Assembly (NCBI GenBank): GCA_964016885.1 | Contig: OZ024766.1 | Span: 1,612,001-1,676,000, forward strand | DNA length: 64,000 nt | From: Eledone cirrhosa | Lineage: Eukaryota | Direction of reading: 5' to 3' | In this document: positions 40,552 to 54,337 of the stretch, piece after piece | Position numbering within the stretch: position 1 is the stretch's first letter | How the letters are laid out: each line of letters starts with the position of its first letter | Position numbers and translations under genes: made by a program | The notes under the pieces: model-generated | Database searches by the model: none | Seen by the model: only the letters and a program-made list of their open reading frames with translations | Told to the model about the DNA's origin: nothing

Positions 40552-41228
40552 TTAAGAAAGAAGACAGATGCACAGGAACCCAACAATAAGGGGACTTATG
40601 ACAGACTTTTTATATGACAGATGCACAGGAACTCTTTAACCTTTTCATGAGCACATCTCTAATGAAATAAACTATTTTAATTAATTAATTAATAGACACT
40701 TTTCATGGATTTACTAAAATTATTAATTATTTCATTATTAAGATAGTAACTTAATGTAGGTTCTTATATAAAGTTATGATCTCATCAAGGAAGTAATACT
40801 GCTGGGTGTATAGAAAGGGGAGAGATAGGAACTCTATACCCCTGTATATTGTACTAGATGTAAACTAAATTTGGACTTTAGATGCCTCATTGTAAACCAA
40901 TCAAAAACTAAGGTTTTAGTAAACAGAAAAGAAGTCAGGTTCTTGATCCCATCAAGGAAGTGATCCTGCTTGATATGTAGAGATGTAGGAACTCTATTAT
41001 ACACAACAGAAACTAGATTTATAATCAAGAAGTCTTAATATAAACCAAACAAAGACTGAGAATTTAGTCAACAGGAAAATAAACAAAACTCTGATTTTAT
41101 CAGGGAAGTAGCCCTGCTTGATATGTAGAAAAGGGGCAGGTATATCTCTATACCATGTACCCAGTTTAAACTAAACTTAGACTTGAAATGCCTTAATGTA
41201 AACTTAGAAAAGACTAAAGTTTTATTAA

Positions 41229-41417
41229 CCCTACTATATTTACTATCGTATTTTAGTGGTAATGGCTTTACCTCACATAATTATCTCATATAATATCGAA
41301 TCTATGAGATCTTGTTATTTATTTTGAGAATAATACCTTAACATCAGGCTGAGTGGCCAGTTATGGCCAGTTTGAACATAATTCTGGCTGGATATGGCCG
41401 GTTTAAATGCTAAAGAG
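41229..41417 (-). mobile_element. piggyBac-like MITE, diverged copy
   Basis: TTAA at 41225-41228 and 41418-41421; reverse-complement similarity to 1323-1543. Confidence 0.78.
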
Positions 41418-41831
41418 TTAAGTAGGAAAGCAGACAAAACTCTGGTTTTATCAGGGAAGTAACCCTGTTTGACCCTTTAGCATTTAAACCGGCCATATCC
41501 TGCCAGAATTCTCTCACCTCTTCCTGTTCAAACTGGCTGGTTACAGCTGCTCACACTGATTTATCTAAAAACCTTCCATCATAATTTTATGTAAAGACCT
41601 GTGTTAAGTTATGTTCCAAACAGCAGCTTAACTCCCTACGCCAGAAGCTGTCTTGACTTTATATGACATATCATACATATATTTAAACCTAACAGTTTTA
41701 TTTCAAAAATGTTGGTTGAGTAATCTCTCAGCTTACTAATGAAAAAGTTATTTCATTTAATTCTTCAAATTTTCAAAATTATATTAAAACGACAGGCAAT
41801 ATCTTTCATTAGAAATATGGTGTTAAAAGGG

Positions 41832-42235
41832 TTAAAGTGTTTATATTTATCTAAAAACCTTCCATCATAATTTTATGTAAGAACCTTTGTTAAGTTATGT
41901 TCCAAACACCCCTGGTTCTGTGATACAAAACTGTTTGTTTTAAAGTGTTTATATTTATCTAAAAACCTTCCATCATAATCTTATGGAGGAACCTTTGTTA
42001 AGTTATGTTCCGAACACCCCTGGTTCTGTGATACAAAACTGTTTGTTTTAAAGTGTTTATATTTATCTAAAAACCTTCCATCATAATCTTATGGAGGAAC
42101 CTTTGTTAAGTTATGTTCCGAACACCACTGGTTCTGTGATACAAAACTGTTTGTTTTAAAATGTTTATATTTATCTAAAAACCTTCCATCATAATCTTAT
42201 GGAGGAACCTTTGTTAAGTTATGTTCCGAACACCA
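41832..42235 (-). repeat. 108-bp tandem repeat, about 3.7 copies
   Basis: Period 108 (41833, 41941, 42049); reverse complement of the 5558-5870 unit plus 4 bp. Confidence 0.9.
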
Positions 42236-42817
42236 ATTATAGAGTGTCTTTCATTAGAAATATAGTCAGAAGAATCCATAGAAGTAGTCGATAGCTCTGC
42301 TACCAACATCTTATTTAGCAATGGTGAGTATGAGGTAAATTTTAGAGAAATATCACCTCTTCTTCACCCACTTATTCATGAGAGGGTCATGAGAGGGTCA
42401 GAGCCCTCAGACATACCTTTGAGAGGGGCCTATCAGGAGCAACCAATTGATCTGGCTGTATCACCAAGTGAGACCTGACCAGCTGAGATCATCATCATCA
42501 TCATCATCATCATCATTGTTTAACGTCCACCTTCCACGCTAGCATAGATGTAATCCAACCATCTTGCTTGGGGGTCAACCCCTGGGTCTCCTGTCAGTTG
42601 GTTTTGCCTGTAATATCAGAGCTGTGGAAAAGAAGGGTTCTACCTAGAGTGGCTCATAAGTTCCAAATGCATTTACGATTGTCCCCCTTGCTTCTGCTGG
42701 AGACCACCAGAGGGCAATAGCTCCAGTGTGTTTGCATATCTGCGGCTTTCTAAATGTTTACCTATAAACACACCGTATTTCTTGAGAAATACGAAGTTCC
42801 AATACATATCTGTATAA

Positions 42818-43166
42818 TGGAGGCACATGGCTTAGTGGTTAGAGCATTAGGCTTGCAATCGAAAGGTTGTGAGTTCAATTCTCGGACCGGGTGATGTGTT
42901 GTTTCCTTGAGCAAGACACTTTATTTCACATTGCTCCAGTTTACTCAGCTGTAGAAATGAGATGATAGGGACTGGGGTCCCTATCATTCCACTGTAAAGT
43001 GGTCGTGGAGGTGCCACGGCAAAAAAGCACCCAGCACTCACTGTAAATGAGGTTGGTGTTAGGAAGGGCATCCAGCTGTAGAAATCAAGCCAGAATCAGT
43101 TCCCGTCCCACCCTTGCAAGCAGGGAAAAGCGGACATAAAATGATGATGATGATGATGATGATGAT
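42818..43166 (+). mobile_element. SINE family A, full length
   Basis: Head, CORE-like block, tail and (ATG)n. Confidence 0.93.
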
Positions 43167-43199
43167 ACAGTTATGCATGAAGCTAATTCCTAATTCTAT

Positions 43200-44012
43200 A
43201 TATATTGCCATAAATTCTATAAAATGTACACAATGCAGATCTTGGATACCCAAGAGATGTAGCGGGATAGCAGGCAAACTAACAGGTAGGGAAAACTATG
43301 TATGCAGTAGATGTACAGGGAAATTTGACAGTAGAAGTCGCAGTGATAGACACATTTTTCAAATGCAGGTGGGTTCTATAGAAGTGGTTGATAGCTTCTG
43401 ATACCTAGGTGATCAGTTTGGCATGGGAGGGGAGGTGGTTCCGAGGCCATAGTATATAGAATAAGGATGGGTTGGAAGAAGTTTTGGGAGCTGCTTCCTC
43501 TGTTGACAAAGAAGGGTTTCTCCCTACGTATGAAAGGCCGGTTATATGATGCTTGTGCGCGATGCTGCATGGTAGTGAGACATGGGCAGCAACTGCAGAG
43601 GATATGCGACGGCTGGAGAGAAATGAAGCAAGCATGCTCCGTTGGATGTGTAATGTCAATGTGCGTGAACGACCAAGCATGGATGAGTTGAGAGAGAAAC
43701 TGTGTATAAGAGGGATAAACTGTAGTGTGTGGGAGAGAAGACTGAGATGGTATGGACATGTGATACACATGGAGGATGACCACTGGGTAAAGAAGTGCCA
43801 AGAAATTGCAGTGGAAGGAAAACACAGTAGAGGAAGACCATGAAAACACAGGTGGAGGTGGTGAAAGCAGACCTCAGATCGCTGAAACTCACAGAGGAGA
43901 TGACGAAGGACCGGGACAAATGGAGAAATGCTGTACTGAATAGGACCCGTCCCACCCTTGCAAGCAGGGAAAAGTGGACGTAAGATGACGACGATGATGA
44001 TGATGATGATGA
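43200..44012 (+). mobile_element. RTE LINE 3' portion with a Cys-rich (PHD-like) segment, frameshifted
   Basis: NSIKCTQCRSWIPKRCSG...YVCSRC, IEVVDSF*YLGD, GWKKFWELLPLL, MLHGSETW, LRWYGHV; (ATG)n tail. Confidence 0.93.
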
Positions 44013-44149
44013 TATATGGTGTATGGCCTACAGGATAGGATACTTGCTGTAGGATTAATGTCATCGGTTCAATTCCTGTACAGGCTGCTGTGTTGTACTC
44101 TTGAGCAAGACACTTCATTTCACCTTACCAGCCTTGTCATATTGTTACT

Positions 44150-44726
44150 ACAGAATGTACTGGATATGTTTATCATGTAAATCACCAACACTAGGGAGGT
44201 TATGTCTGACACGAGTGTAGAGCCCTCACAACCTTGTGTTTGGCAAGTTATCTATGGCTGGATGCCCTTCCTCACACCAACCACTTTACAGAGTGTACTG
44301 GGTGTGTTTATCGTGTAAATCACCAACACTAGGGAGGTTATGTCTGACACGAGTGTAGAGCCCTCATAACCTTGTGTTTGGCAAGTTATCTATGGCTGGA
44401 TGCCCTTCCTCACACCAACCACTTTACAGAGTGTACTGGGTGTGTTTATCGTGTAAATCACCAACACTAGGGAGGTTATGTCTGACACGAGTGTAGAGCC
44501 CTCACAACCTTGTGTTTAGCAAGTTATCTATGGCTGGATGCCCTTCCTCACACCAACCACTTTACAGAGTGTACTGGGTGTGTTTATCGTGTAAATCACC
44601 AACACTAGGGAGGTTATGTCTGACACGAGTGTAGAGCCCTCATAACCTTGTGTTTGGCAAGTTATCTATGGCTGGATGCCCTTCCTCACACCAACCACTT
44701 TACAGAGTGTACTGGGTGTGTTTATC
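44150..44726. repeat. 138-bp tandem repeat, about 4 copies, SINE-A-related
   Basis: Period 138 (44221, 44359, 44497, 44635); contains GCTGGATGCCCTTCCT. Confidence 0.92.
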
Positions 44727-45020
44727 AACAAAAGAGAGGTTGTCATCTTGACAGCTTTCTACAACTGGCAATTCAGCCACTCTACAGGGCGTGTTTATGT
44801 AGATCAGGTATGCCAAACTGAGGGTCCCTCTAGGGCCACACACGACAACTAATTAAGGCCTTTTGAATCTAGATACATTGTATAGAGTCCCTATCTAAAC
44901 CTTTCCCGATAAAACAGGGCCCCGTCTTCTTTCTTGTTTACTAAAACTTTAGTCTTAGCTAAGTTTACATTAAGGCATTTCAAGTCTAAATTTAGTTTAC
45001 ACTGGGTGCATTGTATAGAT

Positions 45021-45725
45021 CAGGCATGTCAAACTGAGGGTCCCTGAGTGCCACATGGGTCACATGTGCTGTCTAAGAGCCACATGGGTCACATGTGTTG
45101 TCTGAGGGCCACATATGTGTTGTCTAAGGGCCACATAGGTGACATATGTGTTGTCTGAGGGCCACATATGTGTTGTTTGAGGGCCACATGGGTGACATAT
45201 GTGTTGTCTGAGGGCCACATGGGTGACATGTGTTGTCTAAGGGCCACATGGGTGACATATGTGTTGTCTGAGGGCCACATATGTGTTGTCTGAGGGCCAC
45301 ATGGGTGACATGTGTTGTCTGAGGGCAACATGGGTGACATGTGTTGTCTAAGGGCCACATGGATGACGTGTGTTGTCTGAGGGCCACATGGGTGACATGT
45401 GTTGTCTGAGGGCCACATGGGTGACATGTGTTGTCTAAGGGAAACATGGATGACATATGTGTTGTCTGAGGGCCACAGGGGTCACACACGTGTTGCCTGA
45501 GGGCCACAGGGTCACACACGTGTTGCCTGAGGGCCACAGGGTCACACACGTGTGGTCTGAGGGCCACAGGGTCACACAGGTGTTGTCTGAGGGCCAGACA
45601 TGACAACTAATTGCGCACATTACAACTAATATTTTATATTACAAAGATAAAACCTGGTTGCGTTGTAAAAACTTTTGTGTGGGCCCCAGGTGTGCTTGTA
45701 AAGGGCTGCATGTTTGACATACCTG
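45021..45725 (+). mobile_element. hAT-superfamily MITE with an internal about 30-bp minisatellite
   Basis: TIRs CAGGCATGTCAAAC and GTTTGACATACCTG (13/14); perfect 8-bp TSD GTATAGAT at 45013-45020 and 45726-45733. Confidence 0.92.
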
Positions 45726-45904
45726 GTATAGATGTACAGAGTCACTACCTACATCTTTCCTACGTATTAAGCAGGGCCATTTTCTTGATAAAGCCAGTCT
45801 TGTTTTCTTTTCTGCCTGCTAAAAACTTAGTTTTTATTTGGTTTACAATAAAGCTTTTGATGTTAACTTTAATTTACATCTGCTAGAATTCCTATCTACC
45901 ATCT

Positions 45905-46496
45905 TTCTCGGGGTCCACCCCTGGGTCTCCTGCCGGTTGGTTTAAAATCTGTCCAGTGATTCTTTCCTGAGACATTCTAACCACATGCCCATAGTATCAG
46001 AGCTGTGATCTCTCAATTCAGAGAAGTAGCAGCTCTACCTGGAGTGACTCTCCAGTGATTCTTACCTGAGACATTCTAACCACATGTCCATAGTATCAGA
46101 GCTGTGATCTCTCAATTCAGAGAAGTAGCAGCTCTACCTGGAGTGACTCTCTAGTGATTCTTTCCTGAGACATTCTAACCACATGTCCATAGTATCAGAG
46201 CTGTGGTCTCTCAATTCAGAGAAGTAGCAGCTCTACCTGGAGTGACTCTCCAGTGATTCTTTCCTGAGACATTCTAACCACATGTCCAGAGTATCAGAGC
46301 TGTGATCTCTCAATTCAGAGAAGTAGCAGCTCTATCTGGAGTGACTCTCTAGTGATTCTTTCCTGAGACATTCTAACCACATGTCCATAGTATCAGAGCT
46401 GTGATCTCCCAATTCAGAGAAGTAGCAGTTCTACCTGGAGTGACTCTCCTGTGATTCTTACCCGAGACATTCTAACCACATGTCCATAGTATCAGA
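45905..46496 (-). mobile_element. RTE fragment amplified as a 99-bp tandem (about 5.5 copies)
   Basis: Minus strand IERSQL*YYGHVVRMSQERIT; period 99 (45961, 46060, 46159). Confidence 0.85.
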
Positions 46497-46704
46497 AGTG
46501 CCAGGAAATCCCAGTTGAAGGAAGACGTGGTAGAGGAAGACCACGAAAAACATGGGCGGAGGTTGTGAGAGCTGATCGCTGAAGCTCACGGAGGAGATGA
46601 CGAAGGACCGTGACAAGTGGAGAGATGCTGCGCTGAATAGGACCCGTCTCACCTTTGCAAGCAGGGAAAAGTGGACATAAAATGATGATGACGATGATGA
46701 TGAT
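46497..46704 (+). mobile_element. RTE LINE 3' terminus
   Basis: Matches 43795-44010; (ATG)n tail. Confidence 0.9.
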
Positions 46705-47127
46705 GGGTGAAGTATTTTAGTAGATAAATGGGAAGATCTTTTATCTTCACTGCCGTTACCAATTCTAAACATACACCCACCCAGCTACCGCAGAACTTTT
46801 TATTTCTACCACATCAAAGACCTTTCTTCTTAAAAAGGGAGGAAGGGTAAAACCTAAGATTGCCTGTCTTCAGGGACGAAGCAGACTAACGAAGGAATTT
46901 CTCTTGTTTACTTACCAACACTTCAGGTACCAAACTGACTGAAATCACACCTGGTTCTATAACACTAAGTTATGTTCCAAAAACCCCTGGTTCTAGGTTA
47001 AGTTATGTTCCAAACACACCCGGTTCTATGATACAAAACTGTTTTAAAGTGTTTATATTTATCTAAAAACCTTCCATCATAATTTTATTAAGTTATGTTC
47101 CAAGACAGGAAGGTCGCAGCTGATACA

Positions 47128-48550
47128 CTGTCTATATAAATGACAGGACACATTAGATAATGTAGTCCTAGATATACTGTGTCTGTATATAAGACAGGAC
47201 ACATTAGATAGTGTAGTCCTAGGTACACTGTGTCTGTATATAAGACAGGACACATTAGATAATGTAGTCCTAGATATACTGTGTCTGTATATAAGACAGG
47301 ACACATTAGATAATGTAGTCCTAGGTACACTGTGTCTGTATATAAGACAGGACACATTAGATAATGTAGTCCTAGATACACTGTGTCTGTATATAAGACA
47401 GGACACATTAGATAGTGTAGTCCTAGGTACACTGTGTCTGTATATAAGACAGGACACATTAGATAATGTAGTCCTAGATATACTGTGTCTGTATATAAGA
47501 CAGGACACATTAGATAATGTAGTCCTAGGTACACTGTGTCTGTATATAAGACACGACACATTAGATAGTGTAGTCCTAGATAGACTGTGTCTGTATAAAA
47601 GACAGGACACATTAGATAATGTAGTCCTAGGTACACTGTGTCTGTATATAAGACAGGACAGACACATTAGATAGTGTAGTCCTAGATAGACTATGTATAT
47701 AAGACAGGACACATTAGATAATGTAGTCCTAGGTACACTGTGTCTGTATATAAGACAGGACACATTAGATAGTGTAGTCCTAGATACACTGTGTCTGTAT
47801 ATAAGACAGGACACATTAGATAATGTAGTCCTAGATACACTGTGTCTGTATATAAGACAGAACACATTAGATAGTGTAGTCCTAGGTACACTGTGTCTGT
47901 ATATAAGACAGGACACATTAGATAATGTAGTCCTAGATACACTGTGTCTGTATATAAGACAGGACACATTAGATAGTGTAGTCCTAGGTACACTGTGTCT
48001 GTATATAAGACAGGACACATTAGATAATGTAGTCCTAGATACACTGTGTCTGTATATAAGACAGGACACATTAGATAGTGTAGTCCTAGATAGACTGTGT
48101 CTGTATATAAGACAGGACACATTAGATAATGTAGTCCTAGATACACTGTGTCTGTATATAAGACAGGACACATTAGATAGTGTAGTCCTAGATAGACTGT
48201 GTCTGTATATAAGACAGGACACATTAGATAATGTAGTCCTAGATACACTGTGTCTGTATATAAGACAGGACACATTAGATAATGTAGTCCTAGGTACACT
48301 GTGTCTGTATATAAGACAGGACACATTAGATAATGTAGTCCTAGATAGACTGTGTCTGTATATAAGACAGGACACATTAGATAGTGTAGTCCTAGATAGA
48401 CTGTGTCTGTATATAAGACAGGACACATTAGATAGTGTAGTCCTAGATACACTGTGTCTGTATATAAGACAGGACACATTAGATAGTGTAGTCCTAGATA
48501 GACTGTGTCTATATATAAGACAGGACACATTAGATAGTGTAGTCCTAGAT
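47128..48550 (-). repeat. 51-bp minisatellite, about 28 copies
   Basis: Reverse complement of the 22289-23435 unit; flank 48555-48623 is homologous to about 22213-22280. Confidence 0.96.
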
Positions 48551-48876
48551 ATATCATGGTTACAGCTGGTATATATTAGATCATATAATAGGTCTACAGG
48601 ATGAGGACTGACCCAGGGTTAAAGACAGAAATTCCTTTAATATCTAAACTTGCCCCACCTCAACTGTCAAGGAATGCATGTCTGTGTGTGTGTGTGTGCG
48701 TGTGTGTGTATATATTTGTGTGTGCGTGTGTATATGTATATATATACATATATATATATACATATATATATATATACATACATATATATATATACATACA
48801 TATATATATATATGTGTGTAGATAAATCTTTTAATATAAGGAACTGTTTCTTTGTTTTTATTCATTTTTATTAATT

Positions 48877-48925
<49 letters not shown>

Positions 48926-48942
48926 ATGTATATATATATATT

Positions 48943-48977
<35 letters not shown>

Positions 48978-49173
48978 TTACATATAGTGTCTGCCTTGTG
49001 TGTGTATATATATATATATGTATATGTTGTGTGTGTGTGTATATATATGTGTGTGTGTGTATATGTAAGTCCATATTTGCATGTGTGTGTTTATATATAT
49101 ACATATATATATAAATATATATATATATGTATATATATACACCAATAAATATATAAATATATATATATATATA

Positions 49174-49204
<31 letters not shown>

Positions 49205-49237
49205 ATAAATATATATATATATATATATATATAATAA

Positions 49238-49278
<41 letters not shown>

Positions 49279-49399
49279 TATATACATATATAATAAATAT
49301 ATATATATATATAATAAATATATATATATATATAATAAATATATATATATATAATAAATATATATATATATATATAAATATATATATATATAAATAAAT

Positions 49400-49430
<31 letters not shown>

Positions 49431-49434
49431 AAAG

Positions 49435-49466
<32 letters not shown>

Positions 49467-50508
49467 AGGGCAAAGAAGAAGAAGAAGGCAAAGAAGAAGA
49501 CGACAAGAAAGATTGAGGGGACGGGCAGGAAGTCTTTAGATAAAAATAACAGGTCCCTTCATGTTGAGATATTTGTATAGCTCTCTACTATAGATAGAGC
49601 ACTCTCTTTTCCTTTACCTTTTGTACGGAAATACTTAACACATATATATATGTGTGGGAGGGGGGGGATGTGTGTGTGGGGGTGTGTGGATGTGTGTGGG
49701 GGTGGGGGGTGGGGGGGGGATGTGTGTGTGTGTGTGTGTGGATGTGTGTGTGTGTGGATGTATGTGTGTGTGGATGTGGATGTGTGTGTGTATGTGGATG
49801 TATGTGTGTGTGTGTGTGTGTGGATGTGTGTGGGATGTGGATGTGTAGTGTGTGTGGATGTGTGTGTGGATATGGATGTGTGTGGATGTATGTGTGTGGA
49901 TGTGTGCGTGTGTCGATGTATGTGTGTGTGTGGATGTGTGTGTGGATGTGTGTGTGTGGGTGTGGATGTATGTAGATGTGTGTGTGTGTGTGGATGTGTG
50001 TGTGGATGTGTGTGGATGTGTGTGTGGATGTGTGTGTGTGGATGTGGATGTGTGTGTGTGTGTGTGTGGATGTGTGTGTGGATGTGTGTGTGTGTGGATG
50101 TGTGTGTGTGGATGTGTGTGTGGATGTGTGTGTGTGGATGTGTGTGTGGATGTGTGTGTGGATGTGTGTGTGTGGATGTGTGTTTGTGGATGTGTGTGTG
50201 TGTGGATGTGTAGTGTGTGTGTGTGGATGTGTGTGTGTGGATGTGTAGGGAGGGAGGGAGACGTGACAATGTGAGAGAGAGTGAGGTAAAGAGTGATAGA
50301 CAAAGATTGGGGTAAAGAGGGAAGAATATAATAGAGAGGGGGAAACAGAGAGATAGAGGGAGAGGTAGAGAGAGAGATAGAGAGAGAGAGAGAAAGAAAG
50401 AGAAATAGGGAGACAGAGATAGATAGAGAGATAGAGATAAAGGGGGAGATAGGGAGAGAGAGAAAGAGAAATAGGGGGACAGTGATAGATAGAGATAGAG
50501 ATAAAGGG

Positions 50509-50539
<31 letters not shown>

Positions 50540-50707
50540 AGAGAAAGAACAGCAGAGGAAGAAAGACTGATACAAGCACACGTACATATATACACACATA
50601 TATACACACATATATATATAGGTGTATGTATACGCATGTATGTATATGCATATATGTTAATATACGTTATATCTTTATATTACAACGTACGTGCCAGTAT
50701 ACTATGC

Positions 50708-50748
<41 letters not shown>

Positions 50749-50799
50749 TATATATACACACACAGGCGGTGTAGATTACAGGTCACATGCCTAAGAGAC

Positions 50800-50853
<54 letters not shown>

Positions 50854-50902
50854 CATACACATAAGTAAAGATGAGAATGTATATACGAGTCAAAGCATTC
50901 TT

Positions 50903-50960
<58 letters not shown>

Positions 50961-51118
50961 TACTCGTGTGTGCGTGTGTATATACTTATATATATATATA
51001 TACACACACACACTAGAGTGTATATATATATATATATATATACACACTAGAGTGTATATATATATAAACAATAAAGTGTGTATATATATATATATATATA
51101 TATACACACTAGAGTGTG

Positions 51119-51183
<65 letters not shown>

Positions 51184-51882
51184 TAGAGTGTGTATAAATA
51201 TATATATATATATATATATATACACACTAGAGTGTGTATATATATACACACACACACTAGATTGTGTGTGGTGCGCGCTATGTCAGTGAACAACTAATTA
51301 TATACATGTGTGTATATATGTCAACTTTTCATATACATACAAACAAATACGTGTATGTATATATATATATATACGTATATATATATACACACACACATTA
51401 AGAGTACGTATGTTTCGGAATGCATATATATGTCACGGATTCTGAGACATATATATATAAATATGTGTGTATATATTCACACACACACACACACACATAT
51501 ATGTTAAGTATTTCCGAGAAAAAAAGCTCTGTTTAATTAAACAGAGCTTTCTAAATATATATATATATACACACATATATATATATATACACATATATAT
51601 ATACTCTCACACACACACATATATATATATACACATATATATATATACTCTCACACGCACACATATATATATACACACCCACACATATATACACACACAA
51701 ACACATATATATACACACACACACACACACATGTATACACAAACACACACATATATACACAAACACACACATATATACACAAACACACATATATACACAA
51801 TACACACACACATATATATATATACATATATATATACTCACACACATATATACACAACACACACACACATACATACACACAC

Positions 51883-51913
<31 letters not shown>

Positions 51914-52059
51914 TATATATATACACAATACACACACCCATATATAATAACTTAATAATGAAACAGTTCTAGTCCTGTAGAAGCTATTTCTATATTTAAT
52001 ATTGTAAACACTCTACTAATGTATTGAGTACTTTACTGTGGTTACCCCCGATTGAACCT

Positions 52060-52122
<63 letters not shown>

Positions 52123-52156
52123 CACAAGTGTTTTTTAAGCTTCATATCATGTTCCC

Positions 52157-52227
52157 TATTTTATCTGATGAGAACGCAAATATCATCCCATGATGATATT
52201 TGTTTTTGAAATGCGCATAATAAAATA
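52157..52227 (+). ncRNA. Type I hammerhead ribozyme (subfamily 1)
   Basis: tattttat-CTGATGA-[gaacgcaaatatcatc ccat gatgatatttgttttt]-GAAA-tgcgca-TA-ataaaata; predicted cleavage after A52219. Confidence 0.8.
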
Positions 52228-52257
52228 CTTGGAACTCTTTTAACCATGTTTTGATAT

Positions 52258-52300
<43 letters not shown>

Positions 52301-52304
<4 letters not shown>

Positions 52305-52401
52305 AACGAGTAGGACCCCGACGGCTGAGCTCAAACCGTTTCGACGGCTAATTCTGGACGAAACGGCTTGAGCTCAGCCGTCGGGGTCCTACTCGTTCCT
52401 A
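52301..52401. repeat. Palindrome, 43-bp arms (42/43 paired), 15-nt loop
   Basis: TAGGAACGAGTAGGACCCCGACGGCTGAGCTCAA...; related fragments at 53229-53341 and 54350-54382. Confidence 0.92.
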
Positions 52402-52477
52402 TTACCCACTCTACTACCCTAAGTATTGAGTACTTTGGTGCGTTATGGTCCACCTGGTTCCTTACCACATTTCCTTC

Positions 52478-52539
<62 letters not shown>

Positions 52540-52626
52540 AATTCAGTCGGAAAGGTCCAGGAAAAAAGAGTGCTCTATGTAGGTTACAGAGCTCAATAGT
52601 TATTATATATTATTAATAACTATACG

Positions 52627-52755
52627 GAGGATTGGCAGTATCGGTAGAGGGTCGGACGGAGGTTAGCTTTGCCTTTCATCCTTACGGGGTCGATAAAATA
52701 AAGTACCAGTAATACACTGGTTTATTTGCTGGCCTTGTGCCTAACGTAGAAACAA

Positions 52756-52760
<5 letters not shown>
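52627..52760 (+). mobile_element. SINE family B with an internal deletion
   Basis: Head GGATTGGCAGTATCGGTAGAGGGTCGGACG joined directly to GAGGTTAGCTTTGCCTTTCATCC; B box lost. Confidence 0.88.
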
Positions 52761-52804
<44 letters not shown>

Positions 52805-52840
52805 ATTCAAAATATAAATATAGACATTCACGTAATCAAA

Positions 52841-52912
52841 ATATATTTTATTATATATATTTCGGAGGTACTGTGTTGTTTTCTCAGTACGTCCTCATCA
52901 GATAAAATATAT
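52841..52912 (-). ncRNA. Type I hammerhead ribozyme (subfamily 1), best-formed copy
   Basis: atatattttat-CTGATGA-gga c gtactg [11-nt loop] cagtac c tcc-GAAA-tatata-TA-ataaaatatat; 11-bp perfect stem I. Confidence 0.85.
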
Positions 52913-52999
52913 AAATTGATGTATGACATACGTCAACTGTGCTGATGGGTCAATTCCAGTCTTGGCAGTTATATATATATATATATATATATATATAAC

Positions 53000-53118
53000 G
53001 AAGGCGTGTGGCTGAGTGGTTAGAGTATTGGATTCACAATCGTGAGGTTGTGAGTTCGATTCCTGAACCAGGCGATGCGTTATGTCCTTGAGCAAGACAC
53101 TTTATTTCACGTTGCTCC
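53000..53118 (+). mobile_element. SINE A-related head and CORE fragment (variant subfamily)
   Basis: TGGCTGAGTGG, GAGTTCGATTCC, CCTTGAGCAAGACACTT. Confidence 0.82.
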
Positions 53119-53350
53119 TTCTACCTGGAGTTGCGACCGATAGATAGTATTAGCAATTGGAAAGACCAACGGAAACATAGTTTCCTCGGTCCGATTTGAC
53201 GAAAGTCGATCGACTAGAAAAAATATATAACGAAGGAGTTGTGGTAAGGAACCAGGTGGACCATAACGCACCAGAGTACTCAATACTCTGGTAGAGTCCA
53301 GCTCAAGCCGTCGTAACGGCTTGAGCTCTGCCGTCGGGGTTAAACATTTT

Positions 53351-53383
<33 letters not shown>

Positions 53384-53527
53384 GTGTGTATATATATATA
53401 TCCTGGGGGCGGGAGGGTGTTGATGCAATGGACGAGTGTGGCGCAATTTCCTGTCTACCAGATAACTTTGGTAAACGCACTCCACACTATTCTAATGACA
53501 CACACATATATATATATATACATATAC

Positions 53528-53598
<71 letters not shown>

Positions 53599-53663
53599 CA
53601 TATATATATACATATACATATACATATATATATACATATACATATATATATACACATATATAT

Positions 53664-53718
<55 letters not shown>

Positions 53719-53726
53719 TATACACA

Positions 53727-53886
<160 letters not shown>

Positions 53887-53931
53887 CATATATATATACA
53901 TATACATATATATATACACATATATATACAC

Positions 53932-53964
<33 letters not shown>

Positions 53965-54183
53965 TATACACATATATAAATATCAGTATATATACAGGAC
54001 AGTTCCCCTCTTCCTTACCAAATATATACAATACCAAACTTAATCAAAATGTTTTTTGACATTCCTCACGATTTTAAACGGAGTTATTGCTCTACATATC
54101 ATTTCTTACACATCTATCTTATATATATTTCTCTAAATGTATCTCCACACATCCTCTGAACTCTCGTCCTAACCTATTTACTC

Positions 54184-54211
54184 CTGACGAAGGGCTTGTG
54201 CCCGAAACGTC
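54184..54211 (+). ncRNA. Minimal hammerhead-like core; stem I not evident
   Basis: CTGACGA a gggc ttgt gccc GAAAC GTC. Confidence 0.5.
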
Positions 54212-54286
54212 GTCGTCCTTAGATGCCATTAGATATATACACAAATATACATACGTACGTACATGTATGCACGTACACATACGTAC

Positions 54287-54337
<51 letters not shown>

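Noticed and set aside
40770-41460. Degenerate about 150-bp repeats, also inverted at about 44850-45900
   Set aside because: Real but too diverged to define units or origin by eye; not annotated.
47077-48604. 483-aa, 303-aa and 288-aa repeat ORFs
   Set aside because: 51-bp satellite open in several frames on both strands; same unit at 22.3 kb.
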